Shown here: piece by piece, positions 62,230 to 64,000 of the stretch
How positions within the stretch are numbered: the stretch's first letter is position 1
How the letters are laid out: every line of letters starts with the position of its first letter
DNA from: Heptranchias perlo
Lineage: Eukaryota
Reading direction: 5' to 3'
Length of the DNA: 64,000 nt
Assembly (NCBI RefSeq): GCF_035084215.1
Contig: NC_090368.1
Coordinates: forward strand, 3,224,001 to 3,288,000
Notes under the pieces: generated by a model
Database searches by the model: none
The model's input: only the letters and a program-made list of their open reading frames with translations
What the model was told of the DNA's origin: nothing
Program-made: the position numbers and the translations under genes

Positions 62230-64000
62230 CATCGCACGCAAAACACTGCGGACACTAGAAATCTGAAATAAAAACAGAAAATGCTGGAAAACCTCAGCAA
62301 GTGAGGCAGCATCTGTGGAGAAAGAAACAGAGTTAACGTTTCAGGTCGAAGACCTTTCGTCAGAACTGAAAGATGTTAAAGAGTTAAAGTTTTTGAGCAA
62401 GTACAGAGTTGGAAGGGGGGGGGAGGAAAGAACAAAAGGGAAGGTCTGCGATAGGGTAGAGGGCACGAGTGATTAAATGACAAATTGATGATGGTGCAAG
62501 GCAGGGAGGGTGGTAATGGGACAGGTTAAGAAACGAAAGATTGATCAGGAGTAGCTGTAAACAGCAGCAGAACCATTACCAGCACTGGCTGACCGAAAAA
62601 ACGGGAGCAGTGATTCTGATCTGAAGTTATCGAAATCAATGTTGAGTCCGGAAGGTTGTAAAGTGCCTAAACGAAAGATGAGTTGCTGTTCCTTGAGCTT
62701 ATGTTGAGCTTCATTGAAACAGTGTAAGAGGCCGAGGTCAGAGTAGGAGTGGGACGGGGAATTAAAATGGCAAGTGACCGGCAGGTCAAGGGTCACGATT
62801 GCGGACAGAGCGGAGGTGTTCAGCAAAGCGATCACCCAGTCTGGGCTTGGTATCCCCAATGTAGAGGAGACCGTATTGTGTGCAGCGGATACAGTATACT
62901 AAATTGAAAGAAGTACAAGTAAACCATTCGTTTCACCTGGAAGGAGTGTTTGGGGCCCTGGACGGTGGGAAGGGAGGAGGTGAAGGGGCAGGTGTTGCAT
63001 CTCCTGCGCGGGAAGGTGCCGTAGGAAGGAGAGTGGGTGTTGGGGGGAATGGGAAGAGTGGACCAGGGTGTCACTGAGGGACCGCTCCCTTCGGAATGCT
63101 GAAAGGGGAGGGGAAGATGTATTTGGTGGGGGGATCACGCTGGAGGTGGTGGAAATGGCGGAGGATGATACGTTGAATGTGGAGGCTGGTGGGGTGGAAG
63201 GTGAGAACAAGGGAGACCCTATCATAGTTCTGGGAGGGAAGAGCAGGGGTGAGGGCAGCAGAAGTGCAGGAAATAGGATGGCCACAGTCGAGGCCCTGTC
63301 AACTACAGTGGAGGGGAATCCTCCGGTTGAGGAAAAAGGAAGACATATCGGAAGCACTGGTGCGAAAGGTGGCATTGTCAGAACAGATGAGACGGAGAAA
63401 CTGGGAGAAGGGAATAGAGTCCTCACAGGAAGCGGGGTGGGAGCAAGTGTAATCAAGGAATCGGTGGGCTTATAATAGATATTGGTTGACAGCCTATCCC
63501 CAGAAATGGAGATAGAGAAGTCGAGGAAGGGAAGGGAAGAGTTGGAGATGGACCATGTGAAGGTGAGAGAAGGGTGGAAATTGCAAGCAAAGTTGATGAA
63601 ATTTTCCAGTTCGGGGCGAGAGCAGAAAACGGCACCGATACAGTCATCAATGTATCGGAAAAAGGAGAGGGAGAGGTCCTGAATAGGACGAACAAAGAAT
63701 GTTCCACATATCCCACAAAAAGGCAGGCATAGTTGGGACCCACACGGGTTCCCATAGCGAGACCTTTTATTTGGAGGAAAAGGGTGGAGTCAAAGGAGAA
63801 GTTGCTTAACATAAGAACAAGTTCAGCCAGGCGGAGGAGGGTGATGGTGGATGGGGACTGGTTGGGCCTCCGTTCAAGGAAGAAGCGGAGGGCCCGCAGG
63901 CCGTCCTGGTGGGAGACGGAGGTGTAGAGGGACTGGACGTCCAGGGTGAAACGGAGACGGTGAGGGCCGGGGAACTGGAAACTGTTAAAGTGGCGGAGGG
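62230..64000 (-). mobile_element. Penelope-like element (RT + GIY-YIG), degraded, continuing past the window end
   Basis: NFSFDSTLFLQIKGLAMGTRVGPNYACLFVG; RRCNTCPFT; EQQLIFRLGTLQPSGLNIDF. Confidence 0.9.
62331..62367 (-). ncRNA. Minimal type-I hammerhead ribozyme motif
   Basis: AGTT-CTGACGA-A-AGGTC-TTC-GACCT-GAAAC-GTT-AACT; stems I and II pair perfectly. Confidence 0.75.

Overview
Vertebrate genomic DNA, most likely a cartilaginous fish (inferred from the repeat families). About two thirds is repeat: CR1, L2, Penelope-like and Tx1-like retroelements, two SINE families, and about ten GC-rich minisatellites. Exon-by-exon translation recovers the block ISG20L2 (-, complete, 352 aa), METTL25B/RRNAD1 (+, complete, about 521-528 aa) and MRPL24 (-, last four coding exons). 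Gene order and orientation match human 1q23. ISG20L2 and METTL25B share a very compact head-to-head CpG promoter. After an N gap at 43344-43543 come a nested LINE cluster and a disabled SAT1/SAT2-family (spermidine/spermine N1-acetyltransferase) gene. None of the very long ORFs in the ORF track is a real gene. Main points of interest: (1) a TSD-flanked, ORF1-less 3.3-kb LINE starting with a tRNA-like Pol III head; (2) two minimal hammerhead ribozyme motifs with a compensatory base pair in Penelope-like elements; (3) an L2 tail that appears to supply the splice donor of a METTL25B coding exon; (4) a pre-miRNA-sized L2 fold-back hairpin; (5) a satellite with higher-order structure. All family assignments come from recalled sequences, not database searches.
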